The notes beneath the pieces are model-generated. The model ran no database searches and was not told the origin of the DNA. It was given only the letters and a program-made list of their open reading frames with translations. The position numbers were made by a program, and so were the translations under genes. Of a stretch of 64,000 bases of DNA, positions 22,025 to 33,698 are shown piece after piece. How positions within the stretch are numbered: the first letter of the stretch is position 1; each line of letters opens with the position of its first letter. The DNA is from Bryobacterales bacterium (GTDB lineage Bacteria; Acidobacteriota; Terriglobia; Bryobacterales; UBA6623), in NCBI GenBank assembly GCA_963422375.2, contig OY729428.2:320001-384000 (forward strand). The letters run 5' to 3'.

Positions 22025-23406
22025 CTTATGACGCTGTTCTCCGTGAATCGGTCAGTAAGCAGATTGTGGACTTCCTCTTGTACAGCATTCGTGCCGGTGA
22101 ACGACAGGAAGATCTCTGTTTCGCTCTGTGGCGTCCATCAACGGGGGCAACCCGTCAGTCGGCATTGATCTACGAGGCCTTAATGCCGTTGGACGGTGAG
22201 AGGCATCAACACGGGAACGTCAGCTTCGAACCCGCTTACCTGACGAGGGCAGTGAAGGTTGCAATGAGCCAGAATGCAGGCTTGGCATTCATGCACTGCC
22301 ACTTGACGGCTGGGTGGCAGGATATGAGTCATCCTGATGTGGTTGCGGAGCGTGAGCGAATTGCACCGGTTGCCCGCGCCACTGGCCACCCGCTCGTCGG
22401 ACTGACGCTTGGTACGGACGGCACTTGGAGTGCCCGATTCTAGGTTCGGAATGATAAGGGCTACACTCGAGAATGGTGTGACAAGGTCAGAGTGGTTGGT
22501 AGACGCTTGGACCTCAGCTATAATGACCTATGCCATGTCACCGCCAAAGCGCAAGCCAATCCTCCAGGGCACTATCGACACATGGGGACAGGCGCGACAG
22601 CATGACATCTCTCGACTTCGAATTTACATCGTAGGGCTCGGAAGCGTCGGAGGCTTCGTCGCCGAAGCACTTACACGCATGGGCTTGGTTCAGCTAACCC
22701 TCATTGACCCCGACAGAATCGAGATTCACAATCTGGACCGTCTCATCCATGCTACTCGCAGTGATGTCGGAAAGTACAACGTTGAAGTCGTCGCACGACG
22801 CATTCGGCGGATCGCCACAGCCGATGACTTTCAAGTTCGAGCATGCAACCGTCCAATTCAATGTGAAGGAGCCTATCGACTGGCATTGGACTCTGACTTG
22901 CTTGTATGCACTGTAGACCGTCCGCTACCAAAGGACCTGCTGAACCGAATAGCGCACGCACATTGGATCCCGTTGATTTTTGGCGGTGTATTCGTCCAGA
23001 ATAAGACAGATGGCACCCTTAGTCAAGTACATTGGAGTGTCATAGTATCGGGTCTAGGAAGAAGATGCTTAAGATGTGACGGACAATATACAAGTTCTGA
23101 TGTCGTAATGGAGATGGATGGTTCACTTGACAATCCCAGTTACATCAATACTGATTTACAGACACCTTCATCTCCCACAAATCAGAATGTATTTCCGCTC
23201 AGTTCGCACCTCGCGAGTTCAATCGTATTGGAACTGATACGCCTTGTCATCTCCGATACTTGGTGGCCATCAAGCACAGATAAACTTGACTATCAGCTAA
23301 TCCAGAATCAGTTGATTATACGTATGATGTTGAACGCGTCCCTCATTGCTCAATCTGCGGTTCATCGACTATCGGAGATCAGTATATCTCACCATTCATT
23401 AGTTGA
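22021..23406 (+). pseudogene. JAB peptidase - ThiF/E1 fusion with an internal stop (22441) and two frameshifts
   Basis: JAB-like QEDLCF...MHCH...MSHPD. E1 IVGLGSVG, IDPDRIEIHNLDR, CTVDR, CLRC, and a second CSIC at 23347-23358 in a shifted frame. Confidence 0.8.
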
Positions 23407-25242
23407 GTCTCTGCATCAAGAGATCGCTGACCTGTGACGAGATGTTGGAATCGGTTTTCTCGGACTGCGAATTGGTTCTAACAAACAGGTACAGTTAAGA
23501 GTCCATTGAAGTCGATATGGGTTTTCAGAGGCTCAGGTTTCAGTTGATCAGTGCGTTGATCGAATCCGGATTCGCTTATGAAAGCACCGAGTCTCTATTT
23601 GGAATGTCTAATGGTTGGATGAAGTCGATCGAGGTGCTAGAAGCAGCGCCGCTTTGCCTACGAATGGGCGCACGCGGTCGGCACATGCTGCCTACCTGGT
23701 CTCGGGGGCGGGATCTGACATCAACTGCTTCTTTGGCCATTCGAAAGTGACGGCGAGTGACGTGGAAGCGTAGGAGAATTCAGGCCGAGCGCACTGACAA
23801 TTCGTGAATCAGAAATTCAACTTCTTGGTGTATCATTGCCCGACGGTTCAGTGCAACTTCAAGTATGCCAAGCACGGTCTCGCCAATTTGCTGCTGGACC
23901 TAGACCCATTGGCCTTGTCCCTTCTCGGCGGCTGGATTGCGCCTCCAGGCTTTGGCACGGTGGCCGGCCGAAAGTTGTTCCGTATCGGGCGCTGCTCCGG
24001 TAGGCACAGGTCGCGCTGAGCTGGCATGGCTGCCCGCACTGGGTCCCGCTGCTTGGGCTTGCGCTCGCGTCCCCTGCCAGTTCACCAACCGACGTGGCGG
24101 CCAGACGCCTCGGAGCGATTACAGCGGCAGTACCCGTACCCTTGAGCGAATCTCCGTCCGAGCCCGGCTTCACTGCCGGAGGCCTCACCCAGATCCAAGC
24201 TAGCGGAAGATTCGAGTGTGCCAAACGTACGTCCGTGTCTTCATATGTGCCAGCCTCAGATATCCAGTGGTCGTCTCAGTAGCGATGTCGCAATTTGGGA
24301 CGGCTCCGACGAACCGAGAGCAGCACACCAGCCGCAAGGGGCCCGGCAGGGATCTGCTCGGAGCGGTTTCGCCGCTGTCGAGGCGCGTGACACCAAGTCT
24401 AATAGCCCCGCCATGTACCCTCGGCTCGGCAGTAACAGTTCGACGGCTAGGACGAGGGCTCCAGCCGAGTGAGCCCACCTCAAGACCGCGACTGGACAAA
24501 TGAGACGGGCGGCATTCCGCCGATCCCGGAAACTGCTTATGAAGTCACCTAGCGTGTCACAAGTGATTTCAGCCTTGTGTCCTCCATTTGGGCACGTGGA
24601 ACACAGAATCACAAGATGTAGATCGGATGGTGCGACCCCTCGGGGAAGACTCTTGACGCTCAGTGCAAGGACTTTCGGCAGGTCCGCGACTCGCTCCGCC
24701 CCTCGACCTCGGGATGTCTGAGCCTACAAGCAGGCGATCAAGAGAGTGAGCGACGCCACGTTCCAGAAGGACAGCGGCCCGGAACGCGGCCGGGTGGACT
24801 CCGGATATTGCTCCCATCTGTGGCGCAACCCCGCCCCGAGCCGCCCGGGTTCTGCGTCCATGCTTGGCTGTGGCGGCATGTGCAGATGCCCCCTCGCAGG
24901 ACACCGGGCAGGGCTCACCAATCATGTCACAAAGCCACAACCTAGGCGGTCGACATTCCCGACAGCAGCTGTCACGGTGTACCAGCGCCCATCGGGCTGG
25001 TCTATCGACGGGCCGGGACCGACCTGTGGCAAGTGGGTTCGCGATGCAACGATGCGAAGACCCCATCCGCAGGCCCCGGCGGCCAGCCCGCGCCGGGTTG
25101 GGCTGCCGCGCACCGTGCCAGCGGCAGCCTCGCACGAACCCCGGCAGACTGGCGGCGGGCGCGTTTGCTAGAATTCCGCATTGACAGCCAACGGCCTGTG
25201 TGCCTTGCAGCGCCGCTTTCTATCACGAGAGGATTCAAGACC

Positions 25243-25884
25243 ATGAGAACTCCCACGCTGATCGCCTGCGCCCTAGCAGTCGCCTGCATGGCGATGCCCG
25301 GCTTCGCCGCCGACAACAGCAACTTCTTCATCACGAGCAAGGGCCCCGGTGACGGTGCCAACCTAGGCGGCCTTGCCGGCGCGGACGCGCACTGCACCAG
25401 CTTGGCCAAGGCGGCGGGTCTCCCGGACCAGACATGGAAGGCCTACCTGAGCGCGAGCGCCGCCGACGGCAAGCCTGCCGTCAACGCCCGCGACCGCATC
25501 GGCACGGGACCTTGGTACAACGCCAAGGGCGAGAAGGTGGCCGACGCCAGCAGCCTGCATTCCGAGTTCATCGAGCTGGGCAAGGAAGGCTCCCTGAATG
25601 AGACGGGCGCGATGGTCAATGGCCGGGGCGACTCTCCCAACCAGCACGACATCCTGACCGGCTCGCTGCCGGACGGGACGGCCTTTGCCGACGAGGCGGA
25701 CCACACCTGCAGCAATTGGACGAGCAACGGCGAGGGAAGGGCCCAGGTAGGTCACCACGATCGCCAAGGCGGCGGCCCGAGACCCAACTCGTGGAATTCG
25801 GCTCACGGCTCGCGCGGCTGCAGCCAGGCGGACCTGGTCGGCACGGGCGGCAACGGCCTCTTCTACTGCTTCGGCTCCAAGTAG
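25243..25884 (+). CDS. secreted lectin-like / DUF1554-like protein
   Basis: Signal peptide, FFITS.GPGDGANLGGLAGADAHC, WKAYLS, HDILTGS, CSNWTS, FYCF. Confidence 0.75.
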   Translation: MRTPTLIACALAVACMAMPGFAADNSNFFITSKGPGDGANLGGLAGADAHCTSLAKAAGLPDQTWKAYLSASAADGKPAVNARDRIGTGPWYNAKGEKVADASSLHSEFIELGKEGSLNETGAMVNGRGDSPNQHDILTGSLPDGTAFADEADHTCSNWTSNGEGRAQVGHHDRQGGGPRPNSWNSAHGSRGCSQADLVGTGGNGLFYCFGSK

Positions 25885-25931
25885 GGCGGCGCGAGCTGCC
25901 CATTGGGCATCGCGCCGGGCGACAACGTCAG

Positions 25932-27797
25932 ATGCTGCGTGCGGTCGCGCTGCTGCTGGCAGTTCTCCCGCCCTCCCTGAGCGGGGAGGAGTGGAGGCAT
26001 TACGGCAACGACCCGGGCGGGTCGCGCTACTCGCCGTTGGACCAGATCAACCGGAGCAACGTAGGCCGCCTCGAGGTTGCATGGGAGCACGACACACCGG
26101 ACTTCGCCGACGGCCTGAGCAGCTCGCCCACGCGGTCCGCGTTCGAGGCGACACCGCTGATGATCGCGGGTACCCTCTACCTTCCGACGCCGATGGACCG
26201 CCTGCTGGCTCTGGACGCGGCGTCGGGCCGGTTGGAGTGGGAGTTCGACACCAAGCTCGACCGGACAAGCCGCTTCAACCTCTTCGTCAATCGCGGCGTC
26301 GGCTACTGGAGGCAGGGTGCCAAGGAGCGCCTGGTGCTCGGCACCCAGACAGGCTTGGTCTACTCGATCGACCGCAAGACAGGCGCGCTGGACCCCGCGT
26401 TCGCGGACAGCGGAGTTCTGGACGCCTCTGCGACCGCGATGGAAGGGGGCGTCGAGGGCGGTTACGCGCTGACGTCTCCGATCTCCCAATGCGCAGGGAC
26501 GCTGGTCGTCGGAGGCCGGGTGTCGGACGGCCTGCCACGAGGGCCCAGCGGGGACATCCGAGGGTACGACATCCACACGGGAGATCTGCGCTGGAGATTC
26601 CGCACCGTGCCTCGGCCCGGCGAATTCGGCCACGAGACGTGGGGCGGCGATTCGTGGAAGTTGAGGGGCGGGGCCAACCTGTGGTCCATGGCCAGCGTGG
26701 ACGAGCAACTCGGACTGGTCTACGCGCCGCTCGGATCCCCTTCGTACGACTACTACGGAGGCGACCGCCCCGGCGCGAACCTATTCGGCGACAGCCTAGT
26801 GGCGCTGGACTGCCGCACGGGAAGCCGGCGCTGGCACTTCCAGACCATCCACCACGACCTCTGGGATTGGGACCTGCCGTCCCAGCCGTCTCTGGTCGAA
26901 GTGGTACGGAACGGCAAGCCGGTCCAGGCCGTCACGATCGCGACCAAGACCGGGTTCCTGTTCGTGTTCGATCGCGCCACTGGCGAGCCTCTCTTTGATA
27001 TCGAGGAGCATCCGGTCCCAGCAGGGGACCTGCCGGGGGAGTACTACCACCCCACGCAGCCCAGGCCGGTTCTTCCAAAGCCGTTCATCCGGCAGTCGAT
27101 GCGCAAGGACGAGATAACTGCCGTCACGCCCGAATCCCGCGCTGAGTGCCTCGAAATGCTCGAGGGCGCGTCAATCGAGGGCCCGCTGTTCCGTCCGCGG
27201 CTGCGACGGCGCACTGTGTTCTTCCCCGGGACCAACGGCGGCTCCAACTACGGGGGCGGTGCCTTCGACCCCGAGACCGACACCTTCTACATCAACTCGA
27301 TGGATGTCGGATCGCTCGCCTCGATGGTGCATCGAGGGGACGACGCCGACGTCCCGTGGCGCAGCCGCTCGGGGCCGCGGGGGCGCTTCTGGGATTCCAA
27401 CATGTATCCGTGCCAGCAGCCTCCGTGGGGCCACCTGACGGCGATCGACCTCAACACGGGAGAGTTCAGGTGGCGCACCGTGCTTGGCGAGTACGACGAG
27501 TTGACCCGGCGCGGCATCCCTCCGACCGGCGCATCAAACCTAGGAGGACCCGTCGTGACGCGCGGCGGACTCGTCTTCATTGCCGCGACGAACGACAAGC
27601 GCCTGCGGGCGTTCGACAAGGACACCGGCGAGCTGCTCTGGGAATACCGCCTGCCCGCGAGCGCGCACGCAACCCCGATGACCTACATAGCCGATGGCAC
27701 CCAGTACCTCGTGATCGCGGTCGGCGGGGGCAACAAGTACAATCCCGGCAGCTTCATGGCCCGCGTCATGGCGTTCCGGCTCCCGGACGGGGACTGA
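25932..27797 (+). CDS. PQQ-dependent glucose/quinate-type dehydrogenase
   Basis: RYSPLDQIN, FEATPL, HHDLWDWDLPSQP, CQQPPWG, PASAHATPMTY. Confidence 0.9.
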   Translation: MLRAVALLLAVLPPSLSGEEWRHYGNDPGGSRYSPLDQINRSNVGRLEVAWEHDTPDFADGLSSSPTRSAFEATPLMIAGTLYLPTPMDRLLALDAASGRLEWEFDTKLDRTSRFNLFVNRGVGYWRQGAKERLVLGTQTGLVYSIDRKTGALDPAFADSGVLDASATAMEGGVEGGYALTSPISQCAGTLVVGGRVSDGLPRGPSGDIRGYDIHTGDLRWRFRTVPRPGEFGHETWGGDSWKLRGGANLWSMASVDEQLGLVYAPLGSPSYDYYGGDRPGANLFGDSLVALDCRTGSRRWHFQTIHHDLWDWDLPSQPSLVEVVRNGKPVQAVTIATKTGFLFVFDRATGEPLFDIEEHPVPAGDLPGEYYHPTQPRPVLPKPFIRQSMRKDEITAVTPESRAECLEMLEGASIEGPLFRPRLRRRTVFFPGTNGGSNYGGGAFDPETDTFYINSMDVGSLASMVHRGDDADVPWRSRSGPRGRFWDSNMYPCQQPPWGHLTAIDLNTGEFRWRTVLGEYDELTRRGIPPTGASNLGGPVVTRGGLVFIAATNDKRLRAFDKDTGELLWEYRLPASAHATPMTYIADGTQYLVIAVGGGNKYNPGSFMARVMAFRLPDGD

Positions 27798-27822
27798 CTC
27801 CCGGACACCCTCGCAGGGCCGC

Positions 27823-29169
27823 TCAATCCCCGGAGACTAGCGGGGCACGGCCGAACCCGGGCCAGACCCGCAGCAGACCCGCGACAGCGCGAGCGCCGCT
27901 CCAGACGGGGAATGCCCACCACACTGTCGCGAGCGCCCCCTGCGACGCGGGGTCGGCCCAGAGCACGATCGCCCCGCCCGCAATGAGCGCGCCGATAACC
28001 GAGTTGCGCAGGAACCCGAAGTCGCCCGCGCCGAAATGCACGCCGTCCGTGGCGAATGTCACGCCGCTGACAGGCTGTGTCAGCGCTGCGATGCGCCAAG
28101 GGGCCGGAAACAATGCGGCGGCTACGGGTGGGATGAATAGCGCGTTCATCCACCCCTCGGCAGCGAGCATTCCGAGGCAGAGCCCGCCACCCGCCGCGCA
28201 AGACCATACGCAAGCCGCACGGGCCGCCCGTCGCGCCTGCGCCACCTCCCCGTTCCCGAGAAAGTGCGCCACTAGGCTCTGGACAGCGATTGCGAAGGCG
28301 TCCATGAAAAGGGCGTTGAAGAACCAAGTGCTGCGGATGACTTGGTGGACGGCCCCACTGGCCGCACTGATCAGCGTCGCCTTGCGGGTCCCGAGGATCA
28401 GAAAGGCGTTCAGGCTGGCGGCACGCAGGAACAGGTCGACGCCCGCTGCGAGCAAGTCGCGGGCCTGCCCCCAGTCGAATCCGTCCGGTCGCCCCAGACG
28501 TCCGAACGCGGCGGCAACCGCCCACGTCGCCCCGACCCACTGGCTGACCGAGCTAGCGATCGCCGCTCCGGCGACGCCCTGTGCTGGGATCGGTCCGAGG
28601 CCGAAGATCAGCGGCGGGTCCAGAAGGAGGTTGAGGGCGTTCATGCCCACTGCCACCCACAGCGGCGTGCGCATGTCGTGGGCACCGCGCAGCGCCCCGA
28701 AGGCCGCGAAGCTGGCCAGCATGGCGGGGGCACCGAGCAGCCGAAGCCGCAGGTAGTCCGTTGCGTGACCAGCTACCGGACCGCTAGCGCCCATCGCGCC
28801 GGCCGCCGACCCGGACAGCGGGATGCCAGCTACCGCGATCAGCAGACCGACCAGCAACGCGAGCGTCACGGCCACGAGGCATGCTCGCGCCGGGCGGCCA
28901 GACGAAGCCCCGGCGCTCAATCCGGCTCCGCCGACCGTAGCGACGCGGGTCTGCGTAGCCACGCCGAGGAAGCTGAAGGCCCAGAACAGCGCCGACAGGA
29001 CCATCGTCCCGACACCTAGGGCGGCCAGGGGCTCGGCCCCGAGACGGGCGACGAAGGCCGTGTCGACCAGTCCAGCCAGCGGCTCTGCAACCAGCGAGCC
29101 CAGTATGGGAACGCTCAGCGCCACAAGCGTCCGGTTGGGACGCTCAGCGAATTGCAGCGGGCCTGACAA
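27823..29169 (-). CDS. MATE (DinF-like) efflux transporter
   Basis: AEPLAGLVDTAFVARLG, GALRGAHDMRTPL, LDPPLIFG; ~12 hydrophobic segments. Confidence 0.9.
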   Translation of the reverse strand: MSGPLQFAERPNRTLVALSVPILGSLVAEPLAGLVDTAFVARLGAEPLAALGVGTMVLSALFWAFSFLGVATQTRVATVGGAGLSAGASSGRPARACLVAVTLALLVGLLIAVAGIPLSGSAAGAMGASGPVAGHATDYLRLRLLGAPAMLASFAAFGALRGAHDMRTPLWVAVGMNALNLLLDPPLIFGLGPIPAQGVAGAAIASSVSQWVGATWAVAAAFGRLGRPDGFDWGQARDLLAAGVDLFLRAASLNAFLILGTRKATLISAASGAVHQVIRSTWFFNALFMDAFAIAVQSLVAHFLGNGEVAQARRAARAACVWSCAAGGGLCLGMLAAEGWMNALFIPPVAAALFPAPWRIAALTQPVSGVTFATDGVHFGAGDFGFLRNSVIGALIAGGAIVLWADPASQGALATVWWAFPVWSGARAVAGLLRVWPGFGRAPLVSGD

Positions 29170-29277
29170 ACTTCATTCTGGCAAGGGCCCCGCACGAGAG
29201 TGCGGGGATGGGTGGCTCCTGCGTTGTCTTGGACCTGACCATGTCAAGATCGAAGTCCACCTACCGAAGCAAGCCGA

Positions 29278-31678
29278 TCACACCTGGGAATTGTCTTGCA
29301 TCTCTCGCTTCGAAATGGTCGGTTCAGCAGCAACGAGGCGCCACCATTGGGCAACGTCGGCCTCGTCAACACCCAAGACACGGGTGGCAGCTCGGTCAAT
29401 GATCGGCCTGACCTGACAATCGTCGAGGTGGTCAAGGCGCTCGACGCGCAGGTCCTTCACATCGCGAAACGCCTCGGCTAGGCCGCCGACGGCTTCATGG
29501 TCGGGCGGCGGCACCTTCACGGCCCGCCAGAGAACCGGATTCCACTTCGGATAGGTCAGCTTTCTTGCGCGACGGTTGAGCATCTGCAAGAGGCCTGGAG
29601 TGGAATTCAGGAACGCACAAAGAGCTTGCTCGTATTCCTCGCTCTCGACCTTAACCAGCATCCACCCCGCCCCTAACATTGCTTCTTCGCTCCAGACGGA
29701 GATGATGCGGCCGGCGTTCTTATCAAGTCTATGAGCAACCAGGAGTCGGCTTCGCCGCTCCCAGTATTTTTCCACTAGCGTGCGCTTGAGCTCTTTAATT
29801 CTGGCCGCCTGTTCTGGATGTCCTGCTATTTTATCGCGCAGAGTTCCCGACGACATCCAGAACATCATTCTCGCCCCATCGAGCATGTCGGAAATTTCGT
29901 AAGTATCTGTGGTTCTTTGACAGGCCACTCCAGTCTGCGAGACCGTCTCAAGTCTTACTAAGTCATCCCAGCCATCAATAGTCTCCGCCAATTCCGCGAG
30001 TGCCGGGCTGGTCCACTGTACAGGGCGCCAATTTCCGCGTTCAATCCGGTCGCGAGGCCATTCCGACATTGAACCGAAACCTAGGGCTTTGGCCCGACGT
30101 GCGTCGTGCGAGTGTAGGGCATCAGCCAAGACAGCACATTTCGCAGCATCTTTTGGAACTGCGCCAGCGCAACAATGCGCGTCGGACTATTCAAACTACC
30201 GATATCCTCATGTCGACGTGCAATTACAAGTGTTTCGTGTATATCCGTATTCTCTGAGAAAGACTGCACCTTAGGATCATGGCTTGTTACAAGCATCTCA
30301 ATGTGAAATCGACTAGCAAGAAATTTTCGCTCAGATGTACCCTCTTTCCCAACGCAATCTGTTGTCGGAAGTACCATTGCTAGGGTGCCGGATTGTTGAT
30401 GCAGCAATCGATCAGCAAGAGGAGCGAAGAATGTTCCCACGCTGTTGGCGCTGATACAATTTCCTGCTCTACAGTCGCACTACAAGATGAAATCGCGTAT
30501 CTCCAATTCATGTTTCCTCATATATCTCCGACCTGACTGCGTGAGGGATTCGTAGCGTCGAGAGTTGGCTGTAAATGGAGGATTCATTATTACTAGATCT
30601 AGACTTCTCACGGGAAATTCTACATCCATATCCTGATCAAAACGTGCTCAATCTTCACTCTAAAATCCTTCGATAGGAGCTACAAGCCTGCGCAGATAAG
30701 ACTCTCTCTCTGGTTGTTCTAGTAATTCAATTCTGCCCGCTCGTGGACCTCTGTCGCCGATCATTCCATAGTCCAGCGTGTACAGATGCATCATCTTGTA
30801 ATCTGCCATCGGTGCCCCGAGAGTGAGGTTGCAAGCCGCAAGTTGAATCGCAACTCGGTCTATGTCCATTCCGCAAAGCGAATTCTCTACGAGAATCTGA
30901 TGGATCCGTGACCGAGATGGAGTGTCGATGCCCCTGCACATTTCTGCAACGAGTGCCTTAACTCTAGAGAGTGTCGCCATAAGGAGAGTCCCGGATCCAC
31001 ATGCTGGGTCGCAGATATTCAAGCGCCTCACAGCATCTAGATTTCTGTAGAGTGGGTCGCTAGGCAGTGCCAGTGCTGCTAGCAACATGGCACTCGTGGG
31101 CTTGGTATAGAATGACCCGGACGATGCGGCACTCGGCAGAATCTTGTGGTAAAGGGGACCGGCGTGATCGTAACCGAGTTCATTCAGTGTCTCGGCCTCT
31201 TCCTCGGCAAACTCCATCAGCCGCTCGAGAGGCTGGGTCAAGGCATCTCCTTTGGGTAGTGCCCTTACGCAGGCGAGAGCCGGCGCGAAGACCGGACGGT
31301 AGTCGCGCTCGAGAATATTCTGCCATTCCAGCGCCAGCACCCTTCGGGAGCGAGAGTCCAGCTTAATTTCGGAGAGGCCAACTCTGATTTCAGTCGAAGA
31401 GCTGTGGAGCCGCTTGTACAGGAGGCACGAATTCAGCACCAACAGAGCAGCCACCGTACAAGCATGTCGCGCTTGCGCGTCGGACGTTGGCGGTGGATGT
31501 CCGATCACCGAGGCCATCATCTGGCCCGCACCGGCACGTTCCCACGCATACCCGGCGCGACGGACTTCAGCAATGATGCGGTCGGCGATCTCCGCGCCCG
31601 CAGCGCGCAGGCCCGAGGCCGGTGCAACCAGTGCATAGAGTTCATGGTCCGTGTCAAGCCACGTGATCCCTAGCTGCT
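29278..31678 (-). pseudogene. C-terminal N6-adenine MTase + target-recognition part of a large RM enzyme
   Basis: GSFYTKP, motif I ICDPACGSGTLL, motif IV DLVIMNPPF (~30570-30600, manual translation), LAMVLP. Stops and frameshifts at ~30100-30660. Confidence 0.8.
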
Positions 31679-33388
31679 CAGCGGTTCTAAATTTGGCCGT
31701 CAAGGGGGTGCGTGAACGTTGTTTCGGAGGATGAGGTGAATCAGTTGACCGAGAGGTTGCGCTCCCGAGGCCGCCCCGCGGGAGCGTCGGACGGCTGGCA
31801 GGGCCGTGGCGCGGCCCGCGTCGCGGGTCCGCCGATTGCCGAGCTCGCGACCGGACGCATTCCGGCGGTAGCCGGCTTTGACGGCCGGCCGCTCGCCGGA
31901 CGCTGCCGGCACGAAGCTGCGCGGAGTCCAGGCCCCGGCCGGCTGGCAGCCCGGCGGCGCGCGTCCGTCGCGCACCGCCGCCAGCAGCGTCGGCCGGTCC
32001 GGGAAGCGGAACCAGCGCAGCGCGACCGGCAGCTCCTGGAACAGGGCGCGGCGCGTGACCGGCTGGCGCCGGCACTGCTGCCGCAGCGCGCAGACGCACT
32101 GCACCGACACACTGCACCACGGCGTGGAGCGCGAAGGCGAACAGGTTCGGCACGGCCGGCACGTTGGCCAGCGCGTCCTTGCCGTGCCCGAAGTTGCGCT
32201 TGCAGTTGCGGCCGTGCCGCGCCAGGCAGTTGCAGCCCTCGTTCTCGATCTTCCAGCGCGCCCGGCCGGCCCGCGCGATCCGCTCCGCGTTGTCCGCGGT
32301 GACCGCGAGACCGGCGAAGAAGCTGCTGGCGCAGGTGCGCTTGCCGTCGCGCTCCACGGCGTACTCGATCCAAGTGCCCCGCAGGGCGTCGCGGCCCTGG
32401 CGCAGGGGCACCGCGGCCGTCCGGCGGAAACGGTGCCGCTCGGACCGCTTGCCCTTCCCGCGCCGCGGCAGCCCGCCGGTCGAGCGCACCGCGCCGCTCG
32501 CCCGCCGGCTCTCCGGCACCTCGTACAAGCGCTTGCGGGATCCGGGCTTGCCTACCCGGATGCAGTCCATGCCGGCCGCCGCGGCGGCCTCGCAGACCGG
32601 CTGGCAGCAGTGCAGGTCGTCGCCCGGCAGGACGGGGCGGCAGGCCTGCAGCCAGGCGCCGCGAGCGGCGAGCCAGCGCTTGGCGGCGTTGCGCTCGCAG
32701 TCCCGCTTGCGCTCGTCCTCGCTCATGTCGGCGCGGGTCGCGGCCGCGTCCTGCTGCGGGCGCACGAACTCGGGCATCAGCAGCAGGACGGTGGCGTGGC
32801 CGTCGGCCATGGCGTGGAAGTGATGCGGCCGGCGCTCGCTGCCGACGCGCCGCACCGAGCACTGCGGGCCATGCACCGTGTCGGAGCGGTGGAACCGGAC
32901 GCCGTCCGGAGCCGCCGGCAGGCGCTCGTCGAGGTGCTGGAAGGGCTCGAGCGCGCCCTGCGCGGCCACGGTTGCGAGGCACGGCCGGAACAGCGGGTCG
33001 CACGCGGCCGGGTCGAGGTCGTCGAGCAAGTTGCGGATCCGGTGGTCGCAGGGGATGCGGCCCGCGCCGCACAGGGTCCGGCAGTTGGAGCGCGAGCCGT
33101 CCCGCTCCATGCGCCGCTGGAACGCGAGCAACGACTCGCACCGGGTGAAGAAGCAGGCCGGGGCGCAACCGGCGGCGTCGCTGACCTCGTAGCGCTTGTT
33201 GCTGCGACCCTCGCGCCGGTCGGGCAGGCCGGCGGCCGTCTCGCGGAAGGCGCTCAGCAGCGCGTCCAGGACATGGGGCATTCACCCTAGCTCACAAATT
33301 CCGCTAGAAAAAGTCGTGTGCCTGCCTGCCTTCGACACCTTTCTCAGACACTCTGGAAATCCCCAAATGCCCAAATTGAGAATCGCTG
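31679..33388 (-). mobile_element. ISNCY-like insertion sequence with degenerate DDE transposase (starts 33281)
   Basis: IRs CAGCGGTTCTAAATTTGG / CCAAATTGAGAATCGCTG, 9-bp TSD CTAGCTGCT, DCERNAAKRW, GRARWKIENE, NFGHG. Confidence 0.85.
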
Positions 33389-33698
33389 CTAGCTGCTCTC
33401 CTTCCTGGTCGTCGCCCCGATTGTCTTGCCCGTCCCCGAGGGAACTGCCGGTCCCAATTAGGAGGCGCTGGTCTAGGTTTTTCATCAAGTCTCCGTCATG
33501 GGCACACAGAGCTCGGAGCACCTTGCCAATATGCTCGTAGCCATCCGTCCCGCGCGATAACGCGGCTGCGATATCGGAATCAGCTTCGATCACAATTGGG
33601 ATGATGATATATTCGCGGCGCTTGCCAGTAGCATCGGACCGTCGCATCACACGCCCGATCGCCTGCACGATGTCCAACTCGCTCGCACGAGGCTCTAG
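33389..33698 (-). pseudogene. helicase C-terminal segment of the large RM gene
   Basis: LEPRASELDIVQAIGRVMRR (motif VI), YIIIPI, VLRALCAHD. Confidence 0.8.

Noticed and set aside
30660..33281. 873-aa transposase-methyltransferase fusion ORF
   Set aside because: Chance read-through from a frameshifted IS into the interrupted RM gene; IRs and a 9-bp TSD delimit the IS.
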